DNA of 58,558 nucleotides from Candidatus Omnitrophota bacterium (GCA_018895275.1 JAHIOQ010000048.1:1-58558); one strand, 5' to 3'; positions 7,923 through 18,574 are shown, counted from the stretch's first letter. Numbers and translations are program-made. The notes: generated from the sequence alone by a model not told the origin.

Positions 7923-9728
7923 GTGAGTATAACGAGAATTAATTCAAAAGCAGTTGCCGCGGTCGTTGCCGTAACGGCGATTGTCATATTATTTGCGGCA
8001 AAGAGTGTTTTAGCGTCTACCGACTTGCTTGTCGGTGCTGAATATCAAATCAATGTTGAAGCCGTAAAGAGCATCGGAACGGTTACCTCCACTGCCAATA
8101 ATAACAGCCTTGGCCTGAACACCACGGCCATTGCCGGCAGTAACGGAAAGCTTTCTTTTTCTTTGAGCGGTATTCCTACCAGCAGCAGTTATAATTTTTT
8201 GGTGGTTACGATCAAGAACAGCAGCGGTACTACTGTCCGGCGCTCTATCGTACCTGCCCCTGCGCCCGGCTCAACCCTGAGTCTGGGAGTATCACCGATA
8301 ACCGATAACCAGACCAAGGCATTTCTCAGCGCGTTTCAAAATGCCGGCACGGATGACCCGCTTCTGGCCTTCTTCGGATTTATGATGATACGTTCCGCGG
8401 ACGTAAGTACGAGCGAAATTACACAAATGGCGCAGTTTTGCATTAAAGGTATTAAAGGTACGGACGGGACCGGTTTAACAACCGGTTTTGAGGCCTCCTT
8501 AAGAGACCAGGGCGCGACCAGCGCAATGCTCACGAGCTTAAGGAGTAATCTGGTTACTAATTTTACCAATCTGACATCGCTTTACAAGGATTCCGTAGAC
8601 CAGTATTTTAGCAGCGGCGCGGACGCGGAAAAGGAAAAAAGAGGCGAAGCCGCGGCAAAGATCTTCGAATACCTTGTAAATGCGACAAACGATGCCGGAA
8701 TGAAGGTCGAGTGGCTGATCATGGCCTTTAACGATCTGGGCGCGATCGTTTGCCCGCTTATAACCCAGGCGGTTAACAGCGGCTCTGTTCGGACAAGTAC
8801 AGCAGGGGCTATGGACAGTGTAATCAGCCGCGGCCTGCAAAAGCTTAGAGCGGATAATTTTTTGAAAAAATATACCAATGCCCTTACTGCCCTAGGTGCC
8901 TCAACCGCGGAGATAAATCAATATACTACCGCGGCAAACACGCTGATGAACACGATGCAGCAGAATTTCCAGAATTTTGAAAAAAATGTTATGGGCGACG
9001 AGATGCCGGACGCGGATGTGGTTAATGAAAAGAATAACGAAATGAACACCGCTATGGAAGCGGCTTTTAATCAGTTCATGACCGACTGTCAGGCAACGGA
9101 TGCGCGCATAGTGAGTTTAAGGGCAAGCTTGAAACAGGCATTGTGGTACAATGATACGCAGATGGATCAATATCTTCCGGCCAGCAGGTTTAAATTTTAT
9201 AACTCCAGCGGCAACGCGGTAAACTGGTCGATCATGCAGGTTGTCTCCGTAAGCTGGCTCGCGGATCTGATCACCGCCGGCGGGTCTTTAAGCTATGCCC
9301 GCGACGACACGAGCGTTCCCTCAATGATGCAATGGATGGGACAATGCAGCAACACGCAATACTGGGACCAGCAGTCATGTCTATCCAACGCAGGAATCTG
9401 GACAACCGGCAGAAGGGATTATACCGCCATATTCCCGGGTGATTCCGGTTCACAGATGTGGGCGGCTCTGGAAGGCCTAAGAGAGGATATCCAGGTAGCG
9501 GAGTTTACACGCTGGAATTCTTTTAGCGGCATAGATTTTAATGATAAGGCCGGGGCCATGGAGGCAATGAAGCTCGCGGAAAAGGCATTCTATGATAAGC
9601 TGTTCAATAGCACCGGCGGCGCAAATTCGCTCATCAATGATATAACCGGCACGACAAACGGAACAACCGCGATTGCCGTTACGGCTAAGAAGGCCTTGAT
9701 TACGATTTTTCTCTCGCCGGATTTTTAA
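7923..9728 (+). CDS. Secreted protein of unknown function, 601 aa
   Basis: AAGGAG ribosome-binding site, Sec-type signal peptide (…KSVLA|ST), long open frame; no family recognised. Confidence 0.85.
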   Translation: MSITRINSKAVAAVVAVTAIVILFAAKSVLASTDLLVGAEYQINVEAVKSIGTVTSTANNNSLGLNTTAIAGSNGKLSFSLSGIPTSSSYNFLVVTIKNSSGTTVRRSIVPAPAPGSTLSLGVSPITDNQTKAFLSAFQNAGTDDPLLAFFGFMMIRSADVSTSEITQMAQFCIKGIKGTDGTGLTTGFEASLRDQGATSAMLTSLRSNLVTNFTNLTSLYKDSVDQYFSSGADAEKEKRGEAAAKIFEYLVNATNDAGMKVEWLIMAFNDLGAIVCPLITQAVNSGSVRTSTAGAMDSVISRGLQKLRADNFLKKYTNALTALGASTAEINQYTTAANTLMNTMQQNFQNFEKNVMGDEMPDADVVNEKNNEMNTAMEAAFNQFMTDCQATDARIVSLRASLKQALWYNDTQMDQYLPASRFKFYNSSGNAVNWSIMQVVSVSWLADLITAGGSLSYARDDTSVPSMMQWMGQCSNTQYWDQQSCLSNAGIWTTGRRDYTAIFPGDSGSQMWAALEGLREDIQVAEFTRWNSFSGIDFNDKAGAMEAMKLAEKAFYDKLFNSTGGANSLINDITGTTNGTTAIAVTAKKALITIFLSPDF

Positions 9729-9754
9729 CGGAAAGGCTTTAGTTTAAAGAACAG

Positions 9755-9792
9755 CAAAAGCCGTGAAATAAATTTCGCGGCTTTTGTTTTTT
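9755..9792 (+). terminator. Intrinsic terminator
   Basis: CAAAAGCCGTGAAAT/ATTTCGCGGCTTTTG stem followed by a T tract. Confidence 0.8.
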
Positions 9793-9808
9793 AACACATC
9801 ATTATTTC

Positions 9809-9838
9809 TTGACATAATGTAAACAAGCATCTTATAAT
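9809..9838 (+). promoter_or_regulatory. sigma70 promoter (TTGACA-N18-TATAAT) for the glycosyltransferase gene
   Basis: Exact hexamers at 9809-9814 and 9833-9838. Confidence 0.65.
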
Positions 9839-9888
9839 AAATCAGTTTGTGACTTTTATTTTATCCGTAAAGCAAAGGAGGAAAACCC

Positions 9889-11046
9889 GTGGAAAAAACG
9901 CCGTTTATTTCGATTATCATCCCGGTACGCAATGCGGAACGCACGCTTGAGAAAACCTTCGAATACATTCTTAACGTGAAATACCCGCGCGATAAAATGG
10001 AAATGGTTATCGCCGACGGCGGCAGTACGGATAAGACGCTTGCGGTCATCAAACAGTGGCAAAAAAAACAGCCGTTCATTAAGCTCGTCGAGGTTCTCAA
10101 CTGCCCTTCTCCCGGCTACGCGCGCAATAAGGCGCTGGAAGCCGTAAAAGGCGAATTCATCTTCTTTACGGACGGTGATTGCGCTCCCTGTGAAACGTGG
10201 ATTACCGATATGCTTAATGTTTTTGAAAAAGACCCCAGGATTGGAATCGTCGGCGGAGAAATTTATACCCTGCGCGTTGACCCCGATAACCTCACCGAGC
10301 TTTATTGCGAGCATTTCCGGTTTAACATGGTCGCGCCGCGTTACGGATTTACGATAAAAGAGGGGTATTTCCCCGCGTTGACCGACCGCTCCCCGACGCA
10401 GATTGCCGGGCACCGCGCTTATTTTTTTGTGACCGCGAACGCGGCATATCGTAAAACCGCCATTGACGAGGCAAAGGCGCGGTTTTGGGAAGAGCCGACC
10501 GGTGAAGACATGGAGTTCGGCCTGCAGATTCAAAACCACGGCTGGAAGCTTTATTTCGAGCCAAAGGCCAAGGTTGATCACATGCACCGGGCCAATTTCC
10601 CTGCCCTGAAAAAGGTTTGGGTAACCTACGGCATGGCGCACGCACCGCTGCTGGCTAAACATGCCGGCCAGAAACTTGATATCGTATTCCAGATTTTCGG
10701 CGCCTGGCCCAATCTGCCGCTGATTTCCCTGCCTTTTCCCGTGAAAGGTTTTATTTATATCGGTAACTTTCATATCATGCATATAACCGGGTTACTGGCG
10801 GTTATCGGTATTGTACTTTTCGCGCTGGGCATTGGCGTTAATATTTCTTTGTGGCTGGCTGTAATATCCGCTCTGCTCACGCTATATTACGTACGCCGTT
10901 ATTTCGACGTATGTTTATTAATGAAGCCGCATAAGCACTTTTTCACCTGGTGCAGAATGAAATACATGACCAATCTGATGTTCTTTATCGGCGGACTGAA
11001 ACGCTCACAAAAATTTAAGGCTTTTTGTATTGAACCAAGTTTCTAA
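9889..11046 (+). CDS. Glycosyltransferase family 2 with C-terminal TM helices
   Basis: ISIIIPVRN, IADGGSTD, GYARNKA, FFTDGD (DxD) and GEDME motifs. Confidence 0.93.
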   Translation: MEKTPFISIIIPVRNAERTLEKTFEYILNVKYPRDKMEMVIADGGSTDKTLAVIKQWQKKQPFIKLVEVLNCPSPGYARNKALEAVKGEFIFFTDGDCAPCETWITDMLNVFEKDPRIGIVGGEIYTLRVDPDNLTELYCEHFRFNMVAPRYGFTIKEGYFPALTDRSPTQIAGHRAYFFVTANAAYRKTAIDEAKARFWEEPTGEDMEFGLQIQNHGWKLYFEPKAKVDHMHRANFPALKKVWVTYGMAHAPLLAKHAGQKLDIVFQIFGAWPNLPLISLPFPVKGFIYIGNFHIMHITGLLAVIGIVLFALGIGVNISLWLAVISALLTLYYVRRYFDVCLLMKPHKHFFTWCRMKYMTNLMFFIGGLKRSQKFKAFCIEPSF

Positions 11047-11074
11047 AAATAATACTTTTTGTTTGCTGTTTTTC

Positions 11075-11104
11075 AGAGACCAGCCGCTTATGGCTGGTCT
11101 CTTT
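11075..11104 (+). terminator. Intrinsic terminator-like hairpin
   Basis: AGAGACCAGCC/GGCTGGTCTCT 11-bp stem with a short T tail. Confidence 0.65.
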
Positions 11105-11192
11105 GCGTATACCGTAGAGAACAACAATGTGTGTATTTGTCATTTAGTATTTACTTGTAGCCTGTGGCTTGCAGCCCGGTTAAGGATATGCT

Positions 11193-11221
11193 TTGAAAAA
11201 AAACCTGATTTATGCTATAGT
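11193..11221 (+). promoter_or_regulatory. Putative sigma70 promoter (TTGAAA-N17-TATAGT, TG extension) for comF-lptFG
   Basis: Hexamers and spacing read from the sequence. Confidence 0.5.
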
Positions 11222-11223
11222 AA

Positions 11224-11332
11224 ACCCCGTTAGAGAACACTTCGTTGTCAACGGTATGCGCTGCTTTAAACCACCGTTAGCTTTATAAGATGATAACTAC
11301 TGACTAAAGTCCGTGGATTTCTCTAACGGGGT
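11224..11332. mobile_element. Putative MITE, 109 bp, with 14-bp perfect terminal inverted repeats
   Basis: ACCCCGTTAGAGAA (11224-11237) and TTCTCTAACGGGGT (11319-11332); no ORF; no clear target-site duplication. Confidence 0.65.
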
Positions 11333-11383
11333 AAAAACCTGTTTAAACCGTATTCTTTATAAGCATTTATTCTCTCAGAGAGA

Positions 11384-12151
11384 ATGTTTATGAAATGTCT
11401 AGACAAAAATCAGAAATTAAAGCTTATTCCAATAATTAAAAAATACTGGTACCGCACTTTAGATATTATTTATCCGGCTTTTTGCGCGGCATGTTCAAAA
11501 AGCCTGGATTCTTTACGCGAATGCGGAATTTGCAAAAATTGTCTAAAGACTATTAAAACAAACATATCTCCGTTGTGCCTAAGATGCGGGATGCCTTTAA
11601 ATAGTGCCCTGAACCATCGCCGAGATTGCCCGGAATGCCGTAAAAGCAGCTATTATTTTAACCGGGCTTTATGCGTATGCCGGTATGATGGATTGGTAAG
11701 ACTGGCGATTCATCTTGTAAAATACAAAAGAAAGGCAAAATTAGGAATCAGCCTTGCGCAAAGAATGGCTGATTTTCTGCAAAATCATATAGCATTAAAA
11801 GAAATCGACATTATAACCGCTGTGCCCCTGCATAAGCATAAAATGCGGGAACGCGGTTTTAACCAGGCAATGATCTTTGTTGAATATCTGGCGGATAGGT
11901 TTGGGATCGGATATTCCCGTAATAATTTACGGCGGAGCAGGAAAACCCTGTCTCAGTTTTCACTGCCGGCTGAAAAGCGTTTTAAAAATGTCGCCGGAGC
12001 ATTCCGCTGTGAAAATCCGGCGGAGTTTAAGGGAAAATCAGTATTATTGGTAGACGATATCTTCACCACAGGCGCAACCTTAAACGAGTGCGCTAAAACA
12101 TTAAAACAAGCCGGCGCTTACAAGGTAATTGCGGTATCAATGGCACGTTAA
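11384..12151 (+). CDS. comF: ComF family protein (double zinc ribbon plus PRTase)
   Basis: CxxC pairs, VPLH, RGFNQA and LLVDDIFTTGAT. Confidence 0.95.
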   Translation: MFMKCLDKNQKLKLIPIIKKYWYRTLDIIYPAFCAACSKSLDSLRECGICKNCLKTIKTNISPLCLRCGMPLNSALNHRRDCPECRKSSYYFNRALCVCRYDGLVRLAIHLVKYKRKAKLGISLAQRMADFLQNHIALKEIDIITAVPLHKHKMRERGFNQAMIFVEYLADRFGIGYSRNNLRRSRKTLSQFSLPAEKRFKNVAGAFRCENPAEFKGKSVLLVDDIFTTGATLNECAKTLKQAGAYKVIAVSMAR

Positions 12152-12153
12152 CT

Positions 12154-13248
12154 ATGAGAATACTTAAAAATCACGTTATAAAAGAGTGGTTCTCTTTGTT
12201 CCTCCTTTCCCTGATTGTTATCAGTTTTGTGCTTGTTATGGGAAACATCATCAAGCTTGTTGAATTGATAATAACGAAAGGCGTAGAAGGTTTTGTTGTC
12301 CTGAAATTGTTTCTTTATCTTCTGCCCAGCCTGCTTGTCTTCTCCATACCGATATCTATACTTTCCGCCTCCCTTTTGAGTTTCGGAAGAATGGCCTATG
12401 AAAACGAAATTACGGCGATTCGCGCCAGCGGCATAAGCCTTTACCCTTTTTTGTTTGTACTTCTGCTCATCGGGATATTATTCAGCCTTACCTGTCTATA
12501 TTTTAACGATTCGCTTATTCCTCAGGCGCATTATCGCATGCGTACAACGCTGCAGGAGATTGGCATCAAAAAACCTACCGCCTATCTGGAAGAAAAGACA
12601 TTTATCAAGGCCTTTAAAGACTACATTATATTCATTTACCGGATACAAGGAGATTACCTGGAGGACGTGCGTATTTATCAGCCGCAAACCGGAAAGCCGA
12701 CAAGAACAATTATCGCGGAAAAAGGAGAATTCATCTCTATTCCGGAAAAAAACGCGATAAAGCTTGTGCTTAAAAACGGCAGCGCAGATGAGCCGAGTTT
12801 TGACGACCCGGAGTTTTTTTACAAGTTAAATTTCAAAAACTACAATTTCACGCTTAATCTGCAAAATAACCGGGGAATCGAACAGCTTAACAAAAAAATC
12901 GCGGATATGACGATCCGTGAAATTGAACGCGAAATTGAAGTAATGCGTATGCTTAAAATAGACGAACGCCCGTTATTGGTCGGCCTTTACAGGAAATTTT
13001 CTTTGTCGTTCAGCAGCCTTATTTTTGTGCTTATCGGAATGCCGTTGGCGATACGCATAAAAAGAAGAGAACGCTCTTTTGGAGTTGCCCTAAGCCTGAT
13101 CATCTGTCTGTTTTATTACCTGTTTATGGCGCTCGGCGAAAGCCTGGCGTTAAGGAACAAATTAAGCCCGGTTATCGGAGCCTGGCTGCCGAATATCTTC
13201 TTTCTGATAATCGGCTTGATACTAAGCATTAAAGTTCTGGAAGAATAG
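12154..13248 (+). CDS. lptF: LPS export permease LptF (YjgP/YjgQ family)
   Basis: 3+3 TM layout, NEITAIRASGIS and AWLPNI; first of a paralog pair. Confidence 0.88.
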   Translation: MRILKNHVIKEWFSLFLLSLIVISFVLVMGNIIKLVELIITKGVEGFVVLKLFLYLLPSLLVFSIPISILSASLLSFGRMAYENEITAIRASGISLYPFLFVLLLIGILFSLTCLYFNDSLIPQAHYRMRTTLQEIGIKKPTAYLEEKTFIKAFKDYIIFIYRIQGDYLEDVRIYQPQTGKPTRTIIAEKGEFISIPEKNAIKLVLKNGSADEPSFDDPEFFYKLNFKNYNFTLNLQNNRGIEQLNKKIADMTIREIEREIEVMRMLKIDERPLLVGLYRKFSLSFSSLIFVLIGMPLAIRIKRRERSFGVALSLIICLFYYLFMALGESLALRNKLSPVIGAWLPNIFFLIIGLILSIKVLEE

Positions 13249-13251
13249 CTT

Positions 13252-14340
13252 ATGAAGATAATAAAAGAATATGTGCTCGGCGAATTCCTGAAACCGTTAA
13301 TCGGCTGTTTTGTGCTTTTTATCTCGCTTTTCTGGATAATCGATCTTTTCGACCATCTGGATGAAATTGTCAAAGCCAAAGTTCCGTTATTCGTATTATG
13401 CGACTATTATTTCTCCCTCACCCCGTTTATTTTTGTGAATATTTCGCCGATAATCATCATTCTGGCCACGATCTTCACCTTAAGTTCATTAAACCGCCAT
13501 AATGAAATCATGGCGATTAAAGCCATTGGAATCAACTTATGGAGCATTGTCTGGATATTCCTTACCTTTGGAATCATCATGAGTGTCGCCAGTTTTGCGG
13601 TTAACGAGCTTGTAAAACCCGAATCATATCTGCATTCGGTTAACCTTAAAGAGGAATATTTTAAGCCTTCCGCCGACAAGGAAAAAAACAAGATAATGAA
13701 AGATATCACCCTTTACGGAAGTCATAACCGTATATTTGTCATCAATAGCTATGATGTAAAACGGCAGCAGCTAAACAATATCATTATATCCGAAAGTGAC
13801 GCGGCTAATCAGATCTCAAAGCAAATCGCGGCAAAACGCGCCCAATGGGTAGAAGGTTTCTGGATATTTTATGACTGCATCATATCGGAATATGAAAACG
13901 GCAAACTGAAAAGCGAACCGGCACATTACGCGGAGAAAGTCATTCTTATGGACGAAAAACCCAAAGATATCGAACATGCCAATCTGCAGCCGGAGTTAAT
14001 GAGCTATTGGCAGCTTAAGAAATACGCGCGAAGACTAATAAACAGCGGGTTTAAGGCGGATAAGGAGCTGGTAACTTTTTACAGCAAACTTGCCTATCCC
14101 CTGGCGAATTTCATAATCATATTTTTTGCCGTCCCGTTTACGTTGACACGCAGCCGCAGCGAAAATCTCTTCCTGGGGATTACGACCAGCATTGTTATAA
14201 GCTTCAGCTACTGGGGAATTAACGCTGTATGTCTTTCCTTAGGCAAAATCGGCTCCATACCGCCCATGCTTGCCGCCTGGCTGACAAACATTATCTTTCT
14301 CTTCATCGGTATCGGCCTTATCGAATCAATAAAAAAATAG
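13252..14340 (+). CDS. lptG: LPS export permease LptG
   Basis: HNEIMAIKAIGI, KLAYPL and AAWLTNIIF; second of the pair. Confidence 0.88.
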   Translation: MKIIKEYVLGEFLKPLIGCFVLFISLFWIIDLFDHLDEIVKAKVPLFVLCDYYFSLTPFIFVNISPIIIILATIFTLSSLNRHNEIMAIKAIGINLWSIVWIFLTFGIIMSVASFAVNELVKPESYLHSVNLKEEYFKPSADKEKNKIMKDITLYGSHNRIFVINSYDVKRQQLNNIIISESDAANQISKQIAAKRAQWVEGFWIFYDCIISEYENGKLKSEPAHYAEKVILMDEKPKDIEHANLQPELMSYWQLKKYARRLINSGFKADKELVTFYSKLAYPLANFIIIFFAVPFTLTRSRSENLFLGITTSIVISFSYWGINAVCLSLGKIGSIPPMLAAWLTNIIFLFIGIGLIESIKK

Positions 14341-14365
14341 CTCCTGGCCTTTTTTCTCTATTTTC

Positions 14366-14458
14366 ACCACAGATAACACAAATAGCACAGATGAATGATT
14401 TAACAAATATTAGAAAATATTTTGCTTTTATCTGTGAGAATCTGTGGAATCTGTGGTT
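14366..14458. repeat. Inverted trimeric 9-bp repeat element ((CACAGAT)3...(ATCTGTG)3)
   Basis: ACCACAGAT-AACACAAAT-AGCACAGAT, a 37-bp AT-rich spacer, then ATCTGTGAG-AATCTGTGG-AATCTGTGGTT. Confidence 0.85.
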
Positions 14459-14648
14459 AGATTGCCAACAACCTTAAATCTTTAAACAAGATGAAGCGGC
14501 AAAATAACTCTCTTTCTCTACTAATTGTGCTTTTCCAAACTCTGGTCGCATTATATCGTAAATATTGTTAAATTCTCATCAAAAAGTTTTAATGTTTATA
14601 CGGCGGTAATTTGGTAAAATACTTCTTTTCAACAAAAGGAGTATTTTT

Positions 14649-14951
14649 TTGCGGTTCAAAATCAAACGCTTCTACAGCTGCGGCGAAGATTTTCAACGCT
14701 TTTATTTCCGGCTAAAGCAAACACCCTGTCCGCATTGTAAATCAACCGGTTCTCTTATCCTGCATGGATACTTACGCGGATATAACGCGACAGTCTATGG
14801 AGAAAAGATCATCCGCGGCCGCAGGATATTCTGCAGCAACCGAAACCGCCGTACCGGCTGCGGCAAAACCTTCAGTCTCTTAGCCGCTAATATTCTTAAA
14901 GGGTTTAATATTTGCGCAAATAGCCTTTGGCGCTTCCTCAATAATATCGCC
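14649..14951 (+). pseudogene. 3'-truncated Zn-ribbon gene (DUF6431-like, often IS-associated)
   Basis: AAAAGGAG ribosome-binding site and TTG start; CPHC...LHGY...RIFC...GCGKTFSLL. The protein-like sequence stops at about 14951, where it abuts the fba stop codon, and the rest of the ORF is antisense fba. Confidence 0.6.
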
Positions 14952-15962
14952 TTACGCCTTCCCCGCCGAACCGAGCACCGCCTCATTCTTGTGTTTGTAC
15001 ATAGCAATCAAGGCATCACGCGCCGGGCCTAAATATTTACGCGGGTCAAAGTCCGCGGGTTTTTCGCTGAAGTATTTTCTTATCGCGGCTGTCATCCAGA
15101 GCCTGCCGTCGGAATCGATATTTACTTTGCAGACCGCTGACTTTGTCGCGTTACGGATTTGTTCCTCGGGAATGCCAATGGAATCCTTAAGCGCACCGCC
15201 GTTGGCATTAATAATCTTTATCGCTTCCACGGGTACGGATGAAGAGCCGTGCAGCACAATAGGAAAACCCGGTATCCGTTTCTCAATCTCTTCCAGAATA
15301 TCAAAACGAAGCTCCGGCGGAACAAGAATGCCGTCGGCATTCTTTGTGCATTGTTCCGGCTTAAATTTATTCGCGCCGTGCGAAGTTCCAATCGAGATGG
15401 CCAAAGAATCAACCCCCGTATTTTTCACAAATTCGATTACTTCTTCCGGATGCGTATAAGTGGATGATTCCGCGGAAACCTCATCTTCAATACCGGCCAA
15501 AACGCCGAGTTCTCCCTCTACGGTAACATCATACTGATGGGCAAACTCAACAACTTTTTTTGTAAGCTCAACGTTTTTTTGAAACGAATGGTGCGAACCG
15601 TCAATCATCACCGAGGAAAAGCCTGTTTCGATGCATGATTTACATAACTCAAAGGTATCGCCATGGTCAAGATGTAAAACAATCGGGATTTCTTTAAGCT
15701 TCTTTTCCCGGGCATAGTCCTTCATCATCTCTACCGCACCCTGTGCCATATATTTTAACAGTGTCTGATTCGCATATTTGCGCGCGCCGCTGGAAACCTG
15801 CAGGATTACCGGCGACTGCGTTTCCACACAGGCAATAATTATCGCCTGAATTTGTTCCATATTATTAAAATTATAAGCGGGAACGGCATAGCCGCCATTT
15901 ATCGCGCTTTTAAACATTTCCCGCGTGTTCACAAAACCAAGTTCCTTATATGATGTCATCAA
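14952..15962 (-). CDS. fba: Class II fructose-1,6-bisphosphate aldolase
   Basis: HLDHG, MIDGSH, VEGELG, GTSHG, VLHGSS, KVNIDSD and FDPRKYL. Confidence 0.97.
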   Translation of the reverse strand: MMTSYKELGFVNTREMFKSAINGGYAVPAYNFNNMEQIQAIIIACVETQSPVILQVSSGARKYANQTLLKYMAQGAVEMMKDYAREKKLKEIPIVLHLDHGDTFELCKSCIETGFSSVMIDGSHHSFQKNVELTKKVVEFAHQYDVTVEGELGVLAGIEDEVSAESSTYTHPEEVIEFVKNTGVDSLAISIGTSHGANKFKPEQCTKNADGILVPPELRFDILEEIEKRIPGFPIVLHGSSSVPVEAIKIINANGGALKDSIGIPEEQIRNATKSAVCKVNIDSDGRLWMTAAIRKYFSEKPADFDPRKYLGPARDALIAMYKHKNEAVLGSAGKA

Positions 15963-15981
15963 TTTCCTCCTTAAAAATAGC

Positions 15982-17397
15982 TCAATATCGATAATGTTCC
16001 GCTTTATACGGCCCTTCCACCGGAATCCCCAAGTATTCAGATTGTTCCTGCGTAAGCTTAGTCAGTTTAACGCCGATTTTTTCCAGATGCAATCGGGCTA
16101 CTTCCTCATCAAGGTATTTAGGCAAACGGTAAACCTTACGCTCGTAACTGTCTTTGTTTTTCCAGAGGTCAAGTTGAGCCAGTACCTGATTCGTGAATGA
16201 ATTGGACATAACAAAAGAAGGATGCCCGGTTGCGCAGCCGAGATTTACGAGTCTTCCTTCCGCAAGCAGATAAATCGCCTTTCCATCGGGAAAAATAAAT
16301 TTATCTACCTGAGATTTTATATTTACCCTTTTAATACCAGGGTATTGTTCCAATGCCGCCACCTGTATTTCATTGTCAAAATGTCCGATGTTGCAAACAA
16401 TTGCCTGATCCTTCATTTTTTCCATATGTTCAATTCTAATTACATCCTTATTTCCGGTTGCCGTAACATAGATATCGGCTTTACCAAGCGTTTCTTCAAT
16501 CGTCGTGACCTGATAACCTTCCATCGCCGCCTGCAAGGCGCAAACCGGGTCAATTTCCGTGACCATAACCCGTGCTCCGAAACCGCATAATGATTGGCTG
16601 GAGCCTTTCCCGACATCGCCATAACCGCAAACCACCGCTACTTTTCCGGCAATCATCACATCCGTAGACCGCTTAAGTCCGTCGGCAAGCGATTCCCGGC
16701 AGCCGTATAAATTATCGAACTTTGATTTGGTAACGGAATCATTGACATTTATCGCCGGTACCAGCAATTCACCTCTTTCCATGAGCTGATATAAGCGGTG
16801 TACACCGGTGGTCGTTTCCTCGGAAACACCCTTCCATTCCTTTACCATTGCCGTCCATTTTTTGGGATTTGACTTTAAAGTCTCTTTCAATAACCTAAGC
16901 AGTACCGCTTCATCAGCTCCGGAGGTTTTTTTATCAAGCACTGCCGGATTGGCTTCTGCCGCAGCGCCCAAATGCATTATTAAGGTAGCGTCACCGCCGT
17001 CATCGACAATCAGCTGCGGTCCCTTTCCGGAAGGGAATGTCAAGGCCTGCTCCGTAGCCCACCAGAATTCATCTAACGTTTCCCCTTTCCAGGCAAATAC
17101 AGGCACTCCGGCCTGAGCAATTGCCGCTGCCGCGTGGTCCTGGGTTGAAAAGATATTGCAGCTGGCCCAGCGTACATCCGCGCCTAAGGCGGTAAGCGTC
17201 TCTATCAGCACCGCGGTTTGAATCGTCATGTGCAGCGAACCCATAATGCGTACCCCGGAAAGAGGTTTGGACGGAGCATATTTTTTTCTGATCGACATAA
17301 GCCCCGGCATTTCATGCTCGGCTATTTCTATTTCCTTGCGGCCAAACTCCGCAAGTCCGATATCCTTTATTTTAAAGTCTTCTGCGGCCTTAGGCAT
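15982..17397 (-). CDS. ahcY: S-adenosylhomocysteine hydrolase
   Basis: [35 protein letters not shown] and GCATGHP. Confidence 0.98.
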   Translation of the reverse strand: MPKAAEDFKIKDIGLAEFGRKEIEIAEHEMPGLMSIRKKYAPSKPLSGVRIMGSLHMTIQTAVLIETLTALGADVRWASCNIFSTQDHAAAAIAQAGVPVFAWKGETLDEFWWATEQALTFPSGKGPQLIVDDGGDATLIMHLGAAAEANPAVLDKKTSGADEAVLLRLLKETLKSNPKKWTAMVKEWKGVSEETTTGVHRLYQLMERGELLVPAINVNDSVTKSKFDNLYGCRESLADGLKRSTDVMIAGKVAVVCGYGDVGKGSSQSLCGFGARVMVTEIDPVCALQAAMEGYQVTTIEETLGKADIYVTATGNKDVIRIEHMEKMKDQAIVCNIGHFDNEIQVAALEQYPGIKRVNIKSQVDKFIFPDGKAIYLLAEGRLVNLGCATGHPSFVMSNSFTNQVLAQLDLWKNKDSYERKVYRLPKYLDEEVARLHLEKIGVKLTKLTQEQSEYLGIPVEGPYKAEHYRY

Positions 17398-18556
17398 TTT
17401 TAGCCGCCTTCTTCAGGATTTCAGCTTTATCCGTCTTTTCCCAGGTAAAACCTTTTTCCTCTCTGCCGAAATGTCCGTGACAGGCAGTGGCCTCATAAAT
17501 CGGCTTTAACAAGTCAAGTTCCTTAATTATTTCCTGCGGATAAAGCGGGAAATGTTTCGTAACCAACCTTGCGATTTCTTCATCGGAAACGGTTCCCGTT
17601 CCATAAGTGTCGATAAAAACAGAAACCGGTTCTTTCTTTCCTATACAATAGGCCACCTGGAGATAACATCTATCCGCCAGGCCGGCGGCAACAATGTTTT
17701 TCGCAATATAACGCCCCATATACGCGGCAGAGCGGTCAACCTTGGTCGGATCCTTACCGGAAAAAGCACCGCCGCCAACGGGGGCAAATCCGCCGTAAGT
17801 ATCAACAATAATCTTTCTGCCGGTCATTCCCGTATCCGACTGCGGTCCGCCAATAGTAAACTTGCCTGTCTGATTGATATAAAATTCCGTAGACTTATCG
17901 ATCCATTTTTTCAGCACGGGCTCAGCAATCGCCGCAATAATTTCACGCCGCGCCTTATCGGTTATATGTGTCTTTGAAGCATTCAATATCTTATCGGTAT
18001 GCTGGCAGGCAAGCACAACCGACGTTACTTTTTTCGGTTTGCCGTTCTCATAATAAACCGTAACCTGAGCCTTGCCGTCGGGGCCCAGATAATCAAGCGC
18101 TTTTTTCTCGCGAACTTCCTTCATTTTTTTGACTAATTTATGCGCAAGCATCAGCGGCAAGGGCATAAGCTCCGGTGTTTCTTTGCAGGCAAATCCGGTC
18201 ATCATTCCCTGGTCGCCTGCTCCGCCGGTATCAACACCCATGGCAATATCCGGAGACTGGCTGTTAATCGCGTTAAGTACCGCGCAGGTATGATAATCAA
18301 AGCCGTACTGCGGGTTCGTATAGCCGATACCCTTAACCACCCGTCTTACCAAATCATGCACATTCACAAACCCTTTTGTCGAGATTTCTCCTCCAACAAT
18401 AATCAGCCCCATCGTCACATATGTTTCGCACGCTACACGGCTATAGGGATCCTGTTTTAGTAATTCATCAAGTACCGCATCCGATACCTGGTCACAAAGC
18501 TTGTCCGGATGGCCGCATGCTACCGATTCCGATGTCATAAAATATGAACGTCCCAT
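17390..18556 (-). CDS. metK: S-adenosylmethionine synthetase
   Basis: [28 protein letters not shown] and [19 protein letters not shown]. Confidence 0.98.
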   Translation of the reverse strand: MGRSYFMTSESVACGHPDKLCDQVSDAVLDELLKQDPYSRVACETYVTMGLIIVGGEISTKGFVNVHDLVRRVVKGIGYTNPQYGFDYHTCAVLNAINSQSPDIAMGVDTGGAGDQGMMTGFACKETPELMPLPLMLAHKLVKKMKEVREKKALDYLGPDGKAQVTVYYENGKPKKVTSVVLACQHTDKILNASKTHITDKARREIIAAIAEPVLKKWIDKSTEFYINQTGKFTIGGPQSDTGMTGRKIIVDTYGGFAPVGGGAFSGKDPTKVDRSAAYMGRYIAKNIVAAGLADRCYLQVAYCIGKKEPVSVFIDTYGTGTVSDEEIARLVTKHFPLYPQEIIKELDLLKPIYEATACHGHFGREEKGFTWEKTDKAEILKKAAKNA

Positions 18557-18574
18557 TCTCTTGGCTCCTTTCCC

